DNA of 64,000 bases from Stegostoma tigrinum (GCF_030684315.1 NC_081367.1:44241853-44305852), one strand, 5' to 3'. Shown: positions 51,551 through 64,000, counted from the first letter of the stretch. Numbers and translations are program-made. Notes: generated from the sequence alone by a model not told the origin.

Positions 51551-52645
51551 CACACACCACCCTACCAACCTCCGGATACAACGCATTATCCTCCAACACT
51601 TCCGCCATTTACAATCCGACCCCACCACCCAAGACATTTTTCCATCCCCTCCCCTGTCAGCTTTCCGGAGAGACCACTCTCTCCGTGACTCCCTTGTTCC
51701 CTTGTTCGCTCCACACTGCTCTCCAACCCCACCACACCCGGCACCTTCCCCTGCAACCGCAGGAAATGCTACACTTGTCCCCACACCTCCTCCCTCACCT
51801 CCATCCCAGGCCCCAAGATGACATTCCACATTAAGCAGAGGTTCACCTGCACATCTGCCAATGTGGTATACTGCATCCACTGTACCCGGTGCGGCTCCCT
51901 CTACATTGGGGAAACCAAGCGGAGGCTTGGGGACCGCTTTGCAGAACACCTCTGCTCAGTCCGCAACAAACAACTGCACCTCCCAGTCGCAAACCATTTC
52001 CACTCCCCCTCCCATTCTCTAGATGACATGTCCATCATGGGCCTCCTGCAGTGCCACAATGATGCCACCCGAAGGTTGCAGGAACAGCAACTCATATTCC
52101 GCCTGGGAACCCTGCAGCCATATGGTATCAATGTGGACTTCACCAGTTTCAAAATCTCCCCTTCCCCTACTGCATCCCTAAACCAGCCCAGTTCGTCCCC
52201 TCCCTCCACTGCACCACACAACCAGCCCAGCTCTTCCCCCCCCCCCCCCACCCACTGCATCCCAAAACCAGTCCAACCTGTCTCTGCCTCCCTAACCGGT
52301 TCTTCCTCTCACCCATCCCTTCCTCCCACCCCAAGCCGCACCCCCAGCTACCTACTAACCTCATCCCACCTCCTTGACCTGTCCGTCTTCCCTGGACTGA
52401 CCTATCCCCTCCCTACCTCCCCACCTACACTCTCTCCACCTATCTTCTTTACTCTCCATCTTCGGTCCGCCTCCCCCTCTCTCCCTATTTATTCCAGTTC
52501 CCTCTCCCCATCCCCCTCTCTGATGAAGGGTCTAGGCCCGAAACGTCAGCTTTTGTGCTCCTGAGATGCTGCTTGGCCTGCTGTGTTCATCCAGCCTCAC
52601 ATTTTGTTATCCTGGAATTCTCCAGCATCTGCAGTTCCCATTATC
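51551..52645 (+). mobile_element. Single-arm tailed 5'-truncated PLE with GIY-YIG
   Basis: ORF 51818-52564 contains VVYCIHCTRCGSLYIGETKRRLGDRFAEH; perfect 15-bp TSD tctgacaatggttta at 51536-51550 and 52646-52660. Confidence 0.93.
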
Positions 52646-53274
52646 TCTGACAATGGTTTAGTTCTCTTTTAACATTCATAGTCTTGGTCTGTAAATAAAT
52701 CGTCACTCTGGTTACACAGAGCTGTGAAACCTAAAACCTTTAGAAGTCTTCGCATTTTAGGGTTCATTTTAAATTGGTGATTTGCTGGTACAGTTGTTGT
52801 TCCATAAGCTAAGTTGCATTGAAAATATTCACCTTTCAGTCTTTTCCCCAAGAGATTTAAGCAAAAGTCATGATCACACAATTTGTCTGTGCTTTCAAAG
52901 AAAAGTATTTTCAAATTAATTTACATTAAATTTCAGATATTTGCAATGTTAGCATTTAAATGTAATTAAATGCTGAGGGAGGACTGGCCACTTCAGTATG
53001 TTCCATCATCCCTTCACTGAAGATTCAACATATTTCATTTTTTAAACTTATTCCCCTGCCTATCCAAAAGTTAGCTCTGTGCCATAACTTCTTTCCACCC
53101 TGAAATTTCCTCTTAAAACATTTGCAAGTTTGGATTTCTTTTTGGTATCAAAATTTGCAAGAAAGGAAGAAGTAGGGCAGGTTTTATGTGACAGTATTGT
53201 GGTGTAGTTGTTGAATTTTGTTAGGAGTGAGGGACTTCACACATGATGTAAAATGATGGAATACGTTTGGTTAA

Positions 53275-53408
53275 ATTTTTTTCTGAAGAAGGGCCCAGAC
53301 CCAAAACTTCAGCTTTCCTGCTTCTCTGATGTTGCCTGCCTTGCTGTGTTCATCCAGCTCTACACCTTGTTATCTCAGACTCCAGCATCGGCAGTTTCTA
53401 CTGCCTCT
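53275..53408 (+). mobile_element. Old single-arm tailed family-1 mini-element
   Basis: ttctgaagaagggcccagacccaaaac...ctccagcatcggcagtttc; degenerate TSD gaatacgtttggttaa/gaatatgcttgattaa. Confidence 0.75.
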
Positions 53409-53518
53409 GAATATGCTTGATTAACTTTTTTTTTAATTGTCATGTCTATAATGGGATGAGTGCACTGATATTTTTATCTAGTCCCACTACTCCACAAGTC
53501 ACAATATATAGTATATGT

Positions 53519-53742
53519 AATCATAGAATCCCTACAAAGCAGATAGAAACCATTCAGCCCAATAAGTCTGTAACAACTGTCCAAAGAGCATCCCATAGCC
53601 CATCCCTGCCCTATCCCCATAACCTCACATTTACCATAGCTAGTCCACCTAACATGCCGTCTTTGGACTGTGGGAGGAAACTGGAGCATTTGGTGGAAAC
53701 CCACGCAGACATGAGGACAACATGCAAACACCACACAGACAT
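53519..53742 (-). mobile_element. V-SINE/HE1-like SINE
   Basis: tttggactgtgggaggaaactggagc...gaaacccacgcagacatgaggacaacatgcaaacaccacacagac is the reverse of the V-SINE-type central domain. Confidence 0.8.
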
Positions 53743-53847
53743 TTAACCGTGGTTTTACCCAGTCCCCGATATGACTAATTGAACACATTCTCTATTTTAG
53801 ATTTAAAATGAAAAGATCTATCCACCAAGTTTGCTTAATAAACACAG

Positions 53848-54200
53848 TGGGAGCCGACAGCCAATTGGTATTATCACTGGACTGTTAACCCAGAGAAGCA
53901 GATAATGTTCTGGAGACCGGAGTGTGAATCATGCCACAGCAGATGGTGGAATTTGATTTCAATAAATATCTGGAATTGAGAATCTAATGATGATTGTTAA
54001 TCCGTTGTAGATTGTTGGAAAAACCCATCTGGTTCACTGATGTCCTTTAGGGAAGGAATCTGCCATCCTTACCTGGTCTGGCCTACATGTGACTCCAAAC
54101 TCTCAGCAATGTGGTTGACTCTTAATTGCCCTCTGGACAATTAGGGATGGGCAATAAATGTTGTCTAGCCAGCAACACCCTCATCCCATCAATGAATAAA
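53848..54200 (+). mobile_element. tRNA-derived SINE (same family as 15723)
   Basis: Collinear with 15723-16080 over its whole length. Confidence 0.8.
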
Positions 54201-54511
54201 ACAATTCAAAAGAGGTTTAAGACACATAATATTTATATTACAAACTGGCTACCCCTCTAAATAACCATAAACAAACACACCCACGGTAAAGGGGTGAAGT
54301 AAATGATATCTCTCAGATATTCAATTTGGGAAGAAAACACTTCCGGCCAATAAATCTTAATCTTTGAAACACAAAGCAAACAAAAAGTAAACTAAGATGC
54401 TCAAGCTGTCAGACTAATGTTCTGTTGCATAAAGATAGGTCTCACCAAAGCAAACAGATGTCTCCATCATTCTTCTCAATGCAACTTGCTTGGGAATCGC
54501 AGCATCCGTGG

Positions 54512-54565
54512 TGTTTGTGTGTGTGTGTATGAGTGTGTGTGTGTGTGTGTGTGTGTCTGTGAGTG
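54512..54565. repeat. Imperfect (GT)n microsatellite
   Basis: tgtgtgtgtgtgtatgagtgtgtgtgtgtgtgtgtgtgtgtc. Confidence 0.95.
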
Positions 54566-57419
54566 TTTGGTTGTGGGTTTGGGGAAGCTTGGTGAGAGAG
54601 GTTGTGGTGGTGGGGAGCCCACTTCAGGGGGGCAATCCAAGATGAAATAGAGCCAGGGTAGCCAGTGTCCCGCTGGATCCCCAACAGTAGGAGACCTGGG
54701 ATGAGATGATCCTTTCCTTCCTGAGGCTGGCTATCAACGGAAAAATTCAAATCAACAATCTCCCAGAGTAAAAGCTGCAGCTTCAGGGTCATAGATCAAA
54801 GTCAGAGTCCATCAGTGAGTAAGCAGTTATCACAACAGATATGATTTTCCACAACTGCCTTGTTTGAAAAAAAGTTTCAATGTCCTTTCATTGACCTCCT
54901 AATAAAATATTCCAGGGATCCACAATCCTTCAAATTTAAGTCCACAAAAATGATGAAATCTGAAGTGCTTTCATAACAATGTCAATTTCATGCACGAAAA
55001 ATATAGACTCTGTTATTGAAATTCTATCAATTTATTTTAGAAATGGTTTATATGTTGAATTTAATAATAATGGTTATCTGTGCTGGTGAATAAACTTGGG
55101 GCTAGATTTCATCCCATGAAATTTTGGCACAATGCATTTAAAATATGGTGGGGTGCTGCACACCACCTCCCCACCAGCCTCTGACCCATTCCCCACAGTA
55201 TACTAGGTCGACAGGTGCTGAAATTGTCAGCCTGTCCGTCATTTTCAAAACAAAAAGCAATTGAGATTATTGGCAAACCAATTGATTCAAATAGTACACT
55301 AACCATTCCATAAAATAGTTGATGTGGACAGGTGGGTGAGATTCAGAAGGCTATTGTTTAAATAATTTGTGGGAACAACAGGATCTTTTGGGGTGTGCCC
55401 TGTGTGCATCGCGGGTATCTCTCCTAAAGATGGTACTCATTCTTTTCTCCTTGCTGTTATATTGTGAAAACCCTGCCACTTACCCCTCATACGCATACCT
55501 GGGCTCCCTGACCTCTTCTGTGCTTATGTGTGGGTAGATACTGTCACTATTTCTCTTATGGGGAGAAATTTAGGAGAATAACTCAGGAAATCCAATAAGA
55601 CGAATCTCGATGTTGAGAGCAAATTAAGTTCTTGGCATCAAGGTGAATTCTTGCTAGGCAGCAGCAAGTTCCTATTAAGGGGGATTAATGCTTCTTGATG
55701 CGATTAACTGCAGGTCTCACTTCATTTCATAAGCAGCTTTTTATCCTACCACGTGTCATGAACAAACTAGTTATCAACAGTTCTCGATATGGATGTCAGA
55801 ATGGGGATCTGATCACATCAGTTCACCATTTGATCCAAAGGACTGGACACCAGGTACCAACATGTTGAGGTACAGTCCATCCTCAAGGTGATGAGCTACA
55901 TGCACCCCACAACCATAGACATTGGCACTCAACATATACCAGTCTCTAAGGAACCACTTGGCACATCTTATAACTCATATTTTTTTAAAAATAGAGGTTG
56001 TCCATGTAAGACAAATGGTAAACATTTTTTATGAGGGTTAATGGGTTTTGGAATTGCCTTCCTCAACAGACAGCAGACGTAGGGGCAGGCAGGGAGAGTG
56101 GTGTTGGGGGGCAGTGTGGATGAGAGTGATTGGGGACAGTGTTACTGGCAAGAATGAGAGTGCTGGAGCTTGAGCCTTGCTGGGAGGTTGGTACAGTAGC
56201 GCTGATAGAGCAGGTCAGAGGTCAGCCCTCCTGCACTATCCCATCCATCAAGGCTTCCAGGACCATGTTCACAACGTGGATTAGCAATTTTACTTTTGCT
56301 GCCATGTCTACTGCAAATGTGAGGAGCTGTGGAAGACAGCTCTGGATCTGTGCTGTCTGGGTGCACAATGACCTTTTAAAGATAGCAGTAGGGCCGGGGA
56401 TGCCTGTGCGTTCTGAGTTGACCTGTCAGTGGTGAGTTGTTCTGGGCAGAACAAATGGTGGAATTGGGCTCGTGTCAAACAAGGCAGGTGTCATCAAACA
56501 TGGTAGATTTTAGTGAGGTAAGTTTTGCTAAGATGCAGTGAGAGGTTTTGCTGGGCTTCATGCAAAGAAACCCACTATGAAACTCTAGAAATTGTCACAG
56601 CCAAAAAAACAACCCTATAAAATGCAGCCCTTCGCTATTTAGCCACTGGGAAATATAGAAGACATATCTGAAACTTTTGCGATCCAGAGGTATTCTGATA
56701 TTCTTATCCAAGTCTCCCAAACCTGGTGTCACTTCAAGTCTGTTCTATCTTGTCAATCTACACCACCTATTTGGCCTTCCGTCTGCTCCTGGACTGCTAA
56801 TATTTTGAACCCCCCCCCCCCCGCCCCGCTCCAATGATACAAGTTTCTTTCCACAATTCACAATCACTTTCTGTGGACATGTTCTCTCTCGGAGCCAGTG
56901 TCTGAGCTTACTCAGTGCTTTCTTACTGTACATTTTGACAGTTAATGTTTGTGAATAGTTGCTATATATAACTAATAGTTTTATTTCAGAGTTGCCTTCT
57001 CTCCTGTGCTTATTATAGTTGAACTTTTTCTGCTGGCTTGCCCCTCGTGGTAGACATTTGACATTAGTACCCATTTTTCGTAGTTGTCCTTTGGGACTGA
57101 CCACCTCATTTTGATCATCAGAATTTGTTCATTTTTGTATGTTTTGCGATTGTGGGCAGGATGGGTAAGTAAATACTGTGCATTTTTTATAAATAGCCAA
57201 ATGAACATGCTGTTTGACAGCAGCTGCCAGCTTTTGGGATGTTATGACCTTTGGACCTGATATTACACTGTCAGTGAAATTCATATACCAACTTACTCAT
57301 TTGTTTAGTCAGTACAATGCCCTTTTATCTTGGCAGCTGCATCCTATGAACTGTGAATGTTACTGCATAGTAGCATGATGAAACAACTAGGTTATCCTGT
57401 TGCTCAGAATTTGAGCTAC

Positions 57420-58200
57420 CTAACCTTAGGGTAATCTGGCATAAACTGGGCACTTTCAGGATCAAGAGTCACCACCTTTATAGCTATCCATGGGTTTTTG
57501 CTAATTTTAGTGAGAAATGATCTGATCAGGGTCATCATTACCCGGTGGGTGGGGTTTGATACTCCCAATTTTAGCATCAGGTTCGCAAGCTGAACAAGTG
57601 GTTCAGGCACTATTTAAAAAGGTTTCTGATTATCTAACTTTATCATGTATGGAACATAAGAATTGTGAAGTATATACTGACCAGTGGGGGTCCTTGTGGT
57701 GCAGTGGTAGTGTCCCTACTTCTGAGCCAGGAGTTCTGAGTTTGAGAAGCACCTCTCCAGAAGTGTGTAATAACAACTCTGAACAGGTTGATTGGAAAAT
57801 ATCGATACCGACCAGTGAAGGGAGCTCTGTAGTACGTAGTAATAGAGAATCCCCTGGCTGATCTCTCAACTAGCATATCAAGGAAAGGCAGCTCAATTAA
57901 CAAATCTATTTCAAAGATGAATTTATGCACAGGATAGCACCTGTAGAGAGGCATATAAGGAAATTCTTTCATGCACCTTAAGACTTAGATAAAGCAAACA
58001 TATCATCCACATATTGGATGTACATGAGAAATAGGAGGTTAGGTACCATTACATCAAAGACTTGTTTCTCATGGAACCTAACAATGATATTTCTGAGCAC
58101 TGACTCGTGGAATCCCATGGCAACAGTGTCTCTTTGGTCAGACATGGCGTTATTAAAACAACTCATCTGCAGTAGTTGCTGACCTACCAGATGTTCATGT
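57420..58200 (-). mobile_element. Ancient PLE RT remnant of a different (Poseidon-like?) lineage, interrupted by a SINE
   Basis: Reverse translations TVAMG, YIQYVDDMF and ELPFLDMLVERSARGFSITTYYRAPFTG (PLE RT core and thumb motifs). Confidence 0.7.
57687..57804 (+). mobile_element. Short tRNA-derived SINE
   Basis: gtggtgcagtggtagtgtccctacttctgagccagg...gaacaggttgattggaaaat; 13-bp TSD atactgaccagtg/ataccgaccagtg at 57674-57686 and 57805-57817. Confidence 0.75.
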
Positions 58201-60882
58201 TGCCTGTGAAAATTGGACATCATTCATTATCCTGCAACATGTTTGTGCTAGGTTTTCTAGGCACATCTTCAAATTGAAGATTTACTGTCTTCAGTGGACA
58301 CTGGTTTGTGGCAATATAGCTGGGAGTTGAGACGTTCAAACTCTAAGCATCTCTTCTTGGTTGATGTGCGTTGAAGGCATAACAAAATTGAAACTAGCTT
58401 TCTGATGGTATGTAGAGAGATTTACTGTATGTTCAGTGGTATTATTAATTGTGTTACCAAGCCACTTCAGCCTAAGTGATTTAATGTTGTGGGCATGTTT
58501 TAAATGGGTAATGTTTATGGTGCTGCATCAATTAATATAGTGGCATAGAGGGATTAAATTGGGAAATAAATTTGAGCACATTAGACCAAGGCACGGTGTA
58601 AATTAGTGACCCTATTGCTAATATCTTCAGCCTCATCTCACACAAAAACCCGTTCAAGTGTTTGGGACTGTCTCTCACTTCAGCATTGTCAGTACGTTTC
58701 AAAATGAAACCTGGCAAACACATTGGGTTTAATACACTCTTGGAGAATTCAATAAAATACTTTCATGCTCTTAACTTACCTGTAGGTTGGACTATTTTGT
58801 TAATGTTTTGAATTTGGTCTTTGTTGTACCTGATTTTAAAAAGTTAAAGTTCTAAAATGGAGTAAGGCCAATTTTAATGGTATTTGGCAGGAAATTTCAA
58901 AAGTCGATTGGGAGAGGCTATTTGCAGATAAAGAGATGGTTGGAAAGTGGGAGGCCTTTTAAAAATAAGGCAATGAGAGTTCAGAGACAGTATGTTCCAG
59001 CTCGTATGAAGGGAAAGGCTAGGAGGTGTCGGGAATGTTGGATGACAAGAGAAATTGAAGCTCTCGTCAAGAAAAAGAAGGAGACATATGTCAGGTACAG
59101 ACAGCTGGGATCCGGTGACTTCCTAGAAGAGTATAAGGGCACTTAGAGTACATGTAATTTGGAAATTAGAAGATAATAAGTGGACGTGAGGTAGGTTTGG
59201 CAAACAGGGTTATGGAGAGTTCAAAAAGATTCTACTAATAACACTAAGGACAAAGGAGTAACTAAGGACAGAATAAGAGTGTCAATTTGTGGAACAGGAG
59301 ATGGTTGAGATACTAAACAAATATTTTGTGTCATTATTTACTGTGAAAAATGATATGGGAGGTAGAGAACTTGGGGAAATAAATAATGAAATCTTGAAAA
59401 GTGTCCATATTCTCGAAGAGGAGGTGCTGAATGTCTTTAAATGTGCAACAGGTAGTTAAATTCCCAGACCCTGATCTGGTATCTCCCAAATCTTTGTGGG
59501 AAGCTAAGGAAGAGTTTGCTGGGTCCCTTGCTGAGATATTTGCACTATGATAACCTTAGATAAGGTGCTGGAAGATTGGACGTTAGCTAATGTGGTGCCA
59601 CTATTTTAAAAAGCATGGCAAAGAAAAACCAGGGAACCATAGATGAATGAGACATCAGTGGTGGGTAAGTTATTGGAGGGAATTCTGTGAAACAGGATTT
59701 ATATGCATTTGTTGAGGCAAGGATTGATCAAGGAGAATTAGCATGGCTTTGTGTGTGGGAAATCGTGTCTCACTAACATGTTTGACTTTTTTGAAGAAGT
59801 GGTAAAAAAGATTGGCAGAGCAGTAGATGTTGTCTTATGAAGATATGAACTTCAAAAAAGCATTTGACAAGGTTCTGCAATGAGGACTGTTTAAAAAAAG
59901 GTTGGATCATGTGAAATCCATGTGGAACGAGCCAATTAGATATAAAATTGGCTCTAAGGTAGGACACAGAGGGTGGTGTAGAGGATTGTTTCTCAGACTG
60001 GAGACCTGTAATCAGTGCTATGCTGTAAGGATCAGTCCTGGATTCACTGCTTTTGTCATTTATATGAATGATTTGTATGCAAAAATAAGATGCACGGTTA
60101 GTAAGTTTGCAGATGACACCAAAATTGGTGTAGTAGCCTGTGAACAAGGTCACCTCGGAGTACAATGGAACATTAATCAGATGGGCCAATGGGCCGAGGA
60201 GTGGCAGCTGAAGTTGAATTTAGATTAATGTGAGGATGCTGCGTTTTGGTAAGGCAGATCAGGGCAAAACTTTTATACAATTTAAAGTAGGACCCTGGGT
60301 GATGTCAAACAAAACAAGTGTAAGTACATAATTCCTTGAAACTGGCGTCCCAGGTAGACAAAGTGAAGAAAGTGTTTGGCAGCTTGCCTTCGTTCGTCAG
60401 AGCATTGAGTTTTGGATTTGGGATATCATGTTGCGGCTGTACAGGACTTTGGTTAGGCCGTTTTTGAAATACTGCATTTAACTCTGGTCTTCCTGCTTAA
60501 ACTTGAAACTTGCATAAAAGATTTCCAAGGATGTTGCCAGGATTGGAGCGTTTGAGCTACAGGAAGAGATGGGCACATCAGATGCTGAGAGGTGACCTCA
60601 TAGAGATGAATAGCCAAAAACTTTGTCCCAAGTTGAGGGAGTCCGAAACTAGAAGGAATATGTTTAAGGTGAGAGGGGAAAGGTTTAAAAGGGACCTGAA
60701 GGGCAACATGTTCACGTAGAAGGTGGTACCTGTATGAACGAGATGCCAGAGGAAGTGGTGGAGGCGGGTACAATTACTCAGGCATCTGGATGGTACATAA
60801 ATTGGAAAGATCCGGAGGGATATGGGTCAGTGCTGGCAAATAGGACTTGTTCAGTTAAACATACGGGTTGGCATGGACAAGT

Positions 60883-62760
60883 CCCTAAGCCCGTGACACC
60901 ACCCACGCCCTCCACCTCCTCCAGGACTTCCAATTCCCTGGCCCCCAACACCTCATTTTCACCATGGGCGCCCAGTCCCTATACACCTGTATTCCTCATG
61001 CAGATGGCCTCAAGGCCCTCCGCTTCTTCCTGTTTCGCAGGCCCGACCAATCCCCTCCACCGACACCCTCATCCGCCTCGCTGAACTTGTCCTCACCCTC
61101 AACAACTTCTCTTTCGATTCCTCCCACTTCCTACAGACAAAGGGGGCGGCCATGGGTACCCGCATGGGCCCAAGTTATGCCTGCCTCTTTGTAGGTTACG
61201 TGGAACAGTCCCTCTTCCGCACCTATACAGGCCCCAAACCCCACCTCTTCCTCCGTTACATTGATTACTTTATCGGCACTGCCTCTTGCTCCCCAGAGGA
61301 GCTCGAACAGTTCATCCACTTCACCAACACCTTCCACCCCAACCTCAAGTTCACCTGGGCCATCTCCAACACATCCCTCACCTTCCTGGACCTCCCAGTC
61401 TCCATCTCCGGTAACCAGCTAGAAACTGATGTCCATTTCAAGCCCACTGACTCTCACAGCTACCTAGAATATACCTCCTCCCACCCACCCTCCTGTAAAA
61501 ATTCCATCCCCTATTCCCAATTCCTCCTCTTCCGCCGCATCTGCTCCCAGGATGAGGTATTCCACTCCCGCACATCCCAGATTGTCCACATTCTTCAAGG
61601 ACCGCAACTTTCGCCCCGCAGTGGTCGAGAACGCCCTCGACCACATCTCCCGCATTTCCCGCAACACATCCCTCACACCCCGCCCCCGCCACAACCGCCC
61701 CCAGAGGATCACCCTCGTTCTCACATACTGCCCCACCAACCTCCGGATACAATGCATCATCCTCCGACACTTGTGCCATCTACAATCCGACCCCACCACC
61801 CAAGCTATTTTTCCATCCCTACCCTTGTCTGCCTTCTGGAGAGACCACTCTTTCTGCGACTCCCTTATCCGCTCCACACTCCCCTCCAACCTCACCACAT
61901 CCGGCACCTTCCCCTGCAACCGCAGGAAGTGCTACACTTGCCCCGACATCACCTCCCTCGCCCCTATTCCAGGCCCCAAGATGACCTTCCATATCAGGCA
62001 GATGTTCACCTGCACATCTGCCAATGTGGTATATTGTATCCATTGTACTCGGTGTGGCTTCCTCTACATTGGGGAAACCAAGCGGAGGCTTGGTGACCGC
62101 TTTGCGGAACACCTCCGCTCGGTTCGCAATAAACAATTGCACCTCCCAGTCGCCAACCATTTCAACTCCCCCTCCCATTCCTCAGATGACATGTCCATCA
62201 TGGGCTTCCTGCAGTGCCACAATGATGCCACCCAAAGGTTGCAGGAACAGCAACTCATATTCCGCTTGGGAACCCTGCAGCCCAATGGTATCAATGTGGA
62301 CTTCACAAGCTTAAAAACCTCCCCTTCCCCCACTGCATCCCAAAACCAGCCCAGTTCTTCCCCTCCCCCCACTGCATCACAAAACCAGCCCAGCTCGTCC
62401 CCTCCCCCAATTGCATCCCAAAACCAGCCCAGCCTGTCCCCACTTTCCTAACCTGTTCTTCCTCTCACCCATCCCTTCCTCCCACCTCAAGCCACACCTC
62501 CGTTCCTTACCTACCACCTCATCCCGCCTCCTTGACCTGTCTGTCTTCCCTGGACTGACCTATCCCCTCCCTACCTCCTCACCCATACTCTCCTCTCTAC
62601 CTATCTTCTTCTCTCCATTTTCGGTCAGCCTCGCCTTCTCTCCCTATTTATTTCAGAACCCTCTCCCCATCCCCCTTTTCTGATGAAGGGTCTAGACCCG
62701 AAACGTCAGCTTTTGTGCTCCTGAGATGCTGCTTGGCCTGCCGTGTTCATCTTGTTATCT
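60883..62760 (+). mobile_element. Longest PLE copy: 5'-truncated, frameshifted RT plus Cys-rich linker plus GIY-YIG, tail-less 3' end (Neptune-like)
   Basis: SLYTCIP, AMGTRMGPSYACLF, LRYIDY (catalytic DD mutated), LTFLDL, FKPTDSHSYL, IPYSQFL; frameshift near 61580; CNRRKCYTCP and VYCIHCTRCGFLYIGET. Confidence 0.93.
62678..62709 (+). ncRNA. Minimal hammerhead motif (stem II variant with U-A in place of U-G)
   Basis: ttctgatgaagggtctagacccgaaacgtcag. Confidence 0.7.
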
Positions 62761-64000
62761 TGGACAAAAGGGTCTGTTTCTGTTTTGTATGACTCTATGG
62801 CTCTATTTCAGGTATACACGTTATTATTTGGTAGTTCAGGACTTGCTGAAAAAAGACACATTTTGTTGAATGTTTTCGCCTTACACTCATTAGACGGTGT
62901 TTAATATTAGTTGTGACTCCAGCAATTGAATAATGTTTCTTACATAATCCTGAAGGTGCAAGGAATTACTCTGACAACCCATTTAAGATTATCAGTTTGT
63001 CTCATAAAGAGGTACAGTTGCATGTGCTGATTGTATACATTAACATGTAACAACGCATGTCAATACACTGGGTTCAACTTGGCAGTCAGAGAATTTTTCA
63101 CACAGGTCACCTGTTCAACTCAACAAATAGTTCATTTGATGTTTCATTTCTCAGGGCAGTGCCCTAACTAATCACAGTCAACTTGTCTGATTTAAAATTT
63201 CACAAATCCTAGCTTTTAACCTGTCAATTAGCACTGATGGGTGTATTCTTCATGGAAATTTTTCTGATAATTATATAAGATAGCCACAGCCCACTTGCCA
63301 ACCAATCTGCATTCTCCACCATGCAGTATAAATATTGGTTTTGTCCTTGAGTTTGTATTCTTGCAAATAGTCCTGATACGTATAAGGTGTAAAGCTTCAA
63401 CAAACATCTTTGTCAATTTTTTTCGAACAGCACTCAAGTTAGAGACTGCCCTTCTACCGTTTGCTGTAAATTATTAGCATGGACAGCTGTTGCGAATACA
63501 GCCAATAATTTTTCAGTTTGTCTGTCCTACTTCCTGCATCCTTTACGAACATTTTTCACCTTTTGAATGATGAATGGGTAAATTGCCTATGTAGTTTTAA
63601 CACAATTGACCTTTTGTCTTCTAAACTGCTGCCTCCTCATGTCAATAACACTTCTTTAATTATTATTAGCTTATGGAGCTTATCTTCCATTAAAGCACCC
63701 CAATTGCATAAATTAATTTCACAGACTTTTCCAATACAGAACTTTGTCATTTTCCATATCCAGCTTTTTCTGTTCACTTCATGAATTACTTATTTAATAG
63801 CAGTAATAGTTCTCTGGATACTATATCAGTACAAATCAAATGATTGTTTCCAGCTATTTTGTAACAAATGACAGTTTTTCTTAAAAAGATTTTAGTGTGT
63901 TTTCATTCCATATTCCGAAACTGGATGGAAATCTCAAATTCCTTAACTTTATTCCAATCCTTATTTCTCACTTCAGGCAGCATTTGCCAATGTGTTCCAC

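Larger units (their letters stand above)
58845..62805 (+). mobile_element. CR1 LINE remnant (58845-60882, 3' UTR resuming at 62761-62805) interrupted by a PLE
   Basis: WMTREIEALVKKKKE, VSKFADDTKIG, RMLPGLERLSY and FKVRGERFKRDL; ends gggtctgtttctgttttgtatgactctatg. Confidence 0.88.

Noticed and set aside
61152-62451. Active autonomous PLE
   Set aside because: 5'-truncated, frameshifted, and the catalytic YIDD is changed to YIDY.
60874-62767. Apparent 7-bp TSD tggacaa around the longest PLE
   Set aside because: Joining the flanks gives ggcatggacaagttggacaaaagggtctg, which fits the CR1 3' UTR's own internal repeat (ggcatggacnagttggacc.aagggtc as I recall it), so no duplication is needed.
63955-64000. 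Pyrimidine tract plus cag near the window end as the next CLCN2 acceptor
   Set aside because: The following bases do not encode the expected AQxWM start in phase 1; too little sequence to judge.
1-64000. CRISPR array or prokaryotic system
   Set aside because: Repeats are dispersed retroelements in spliceosomal-intron context; there is no regular repeat-spacer array or operon.

Overview
Vertebrate genomic DNA, most likely from a cartilaginous fish (inferred from V-SINE/HE1-like SINEs, CR1 LINEs and abundant Penelope-like elements). The only host coding sequence I can support is one 132-bp exon of the chloride channel gene CLCN2 (49170-49301, + strand), so the window is probably almost all CLCN2 intron. 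Most predicted ORFs are spurious or repeat-derived. The main signal is a set of Penelope-like retroelements (PLEs: RT plus GIY-YIG endonuclease) whose 3' repeats carry a minimal hammerhead-ribozyme core followed by a conserved stem-loop module. Many copies are asymmetric two-armed inverted insertions: one arm ends in a ~35-40 nt tail and the other stops at a fixed internal point. The short ones have 12-15 bp target-site duplications, and two hold foreign DNA between the arms, one a 64-bp copy of sequence ~400 bp away. Repeat boundaries were read by eye; those of old degenerate copies are approximate.
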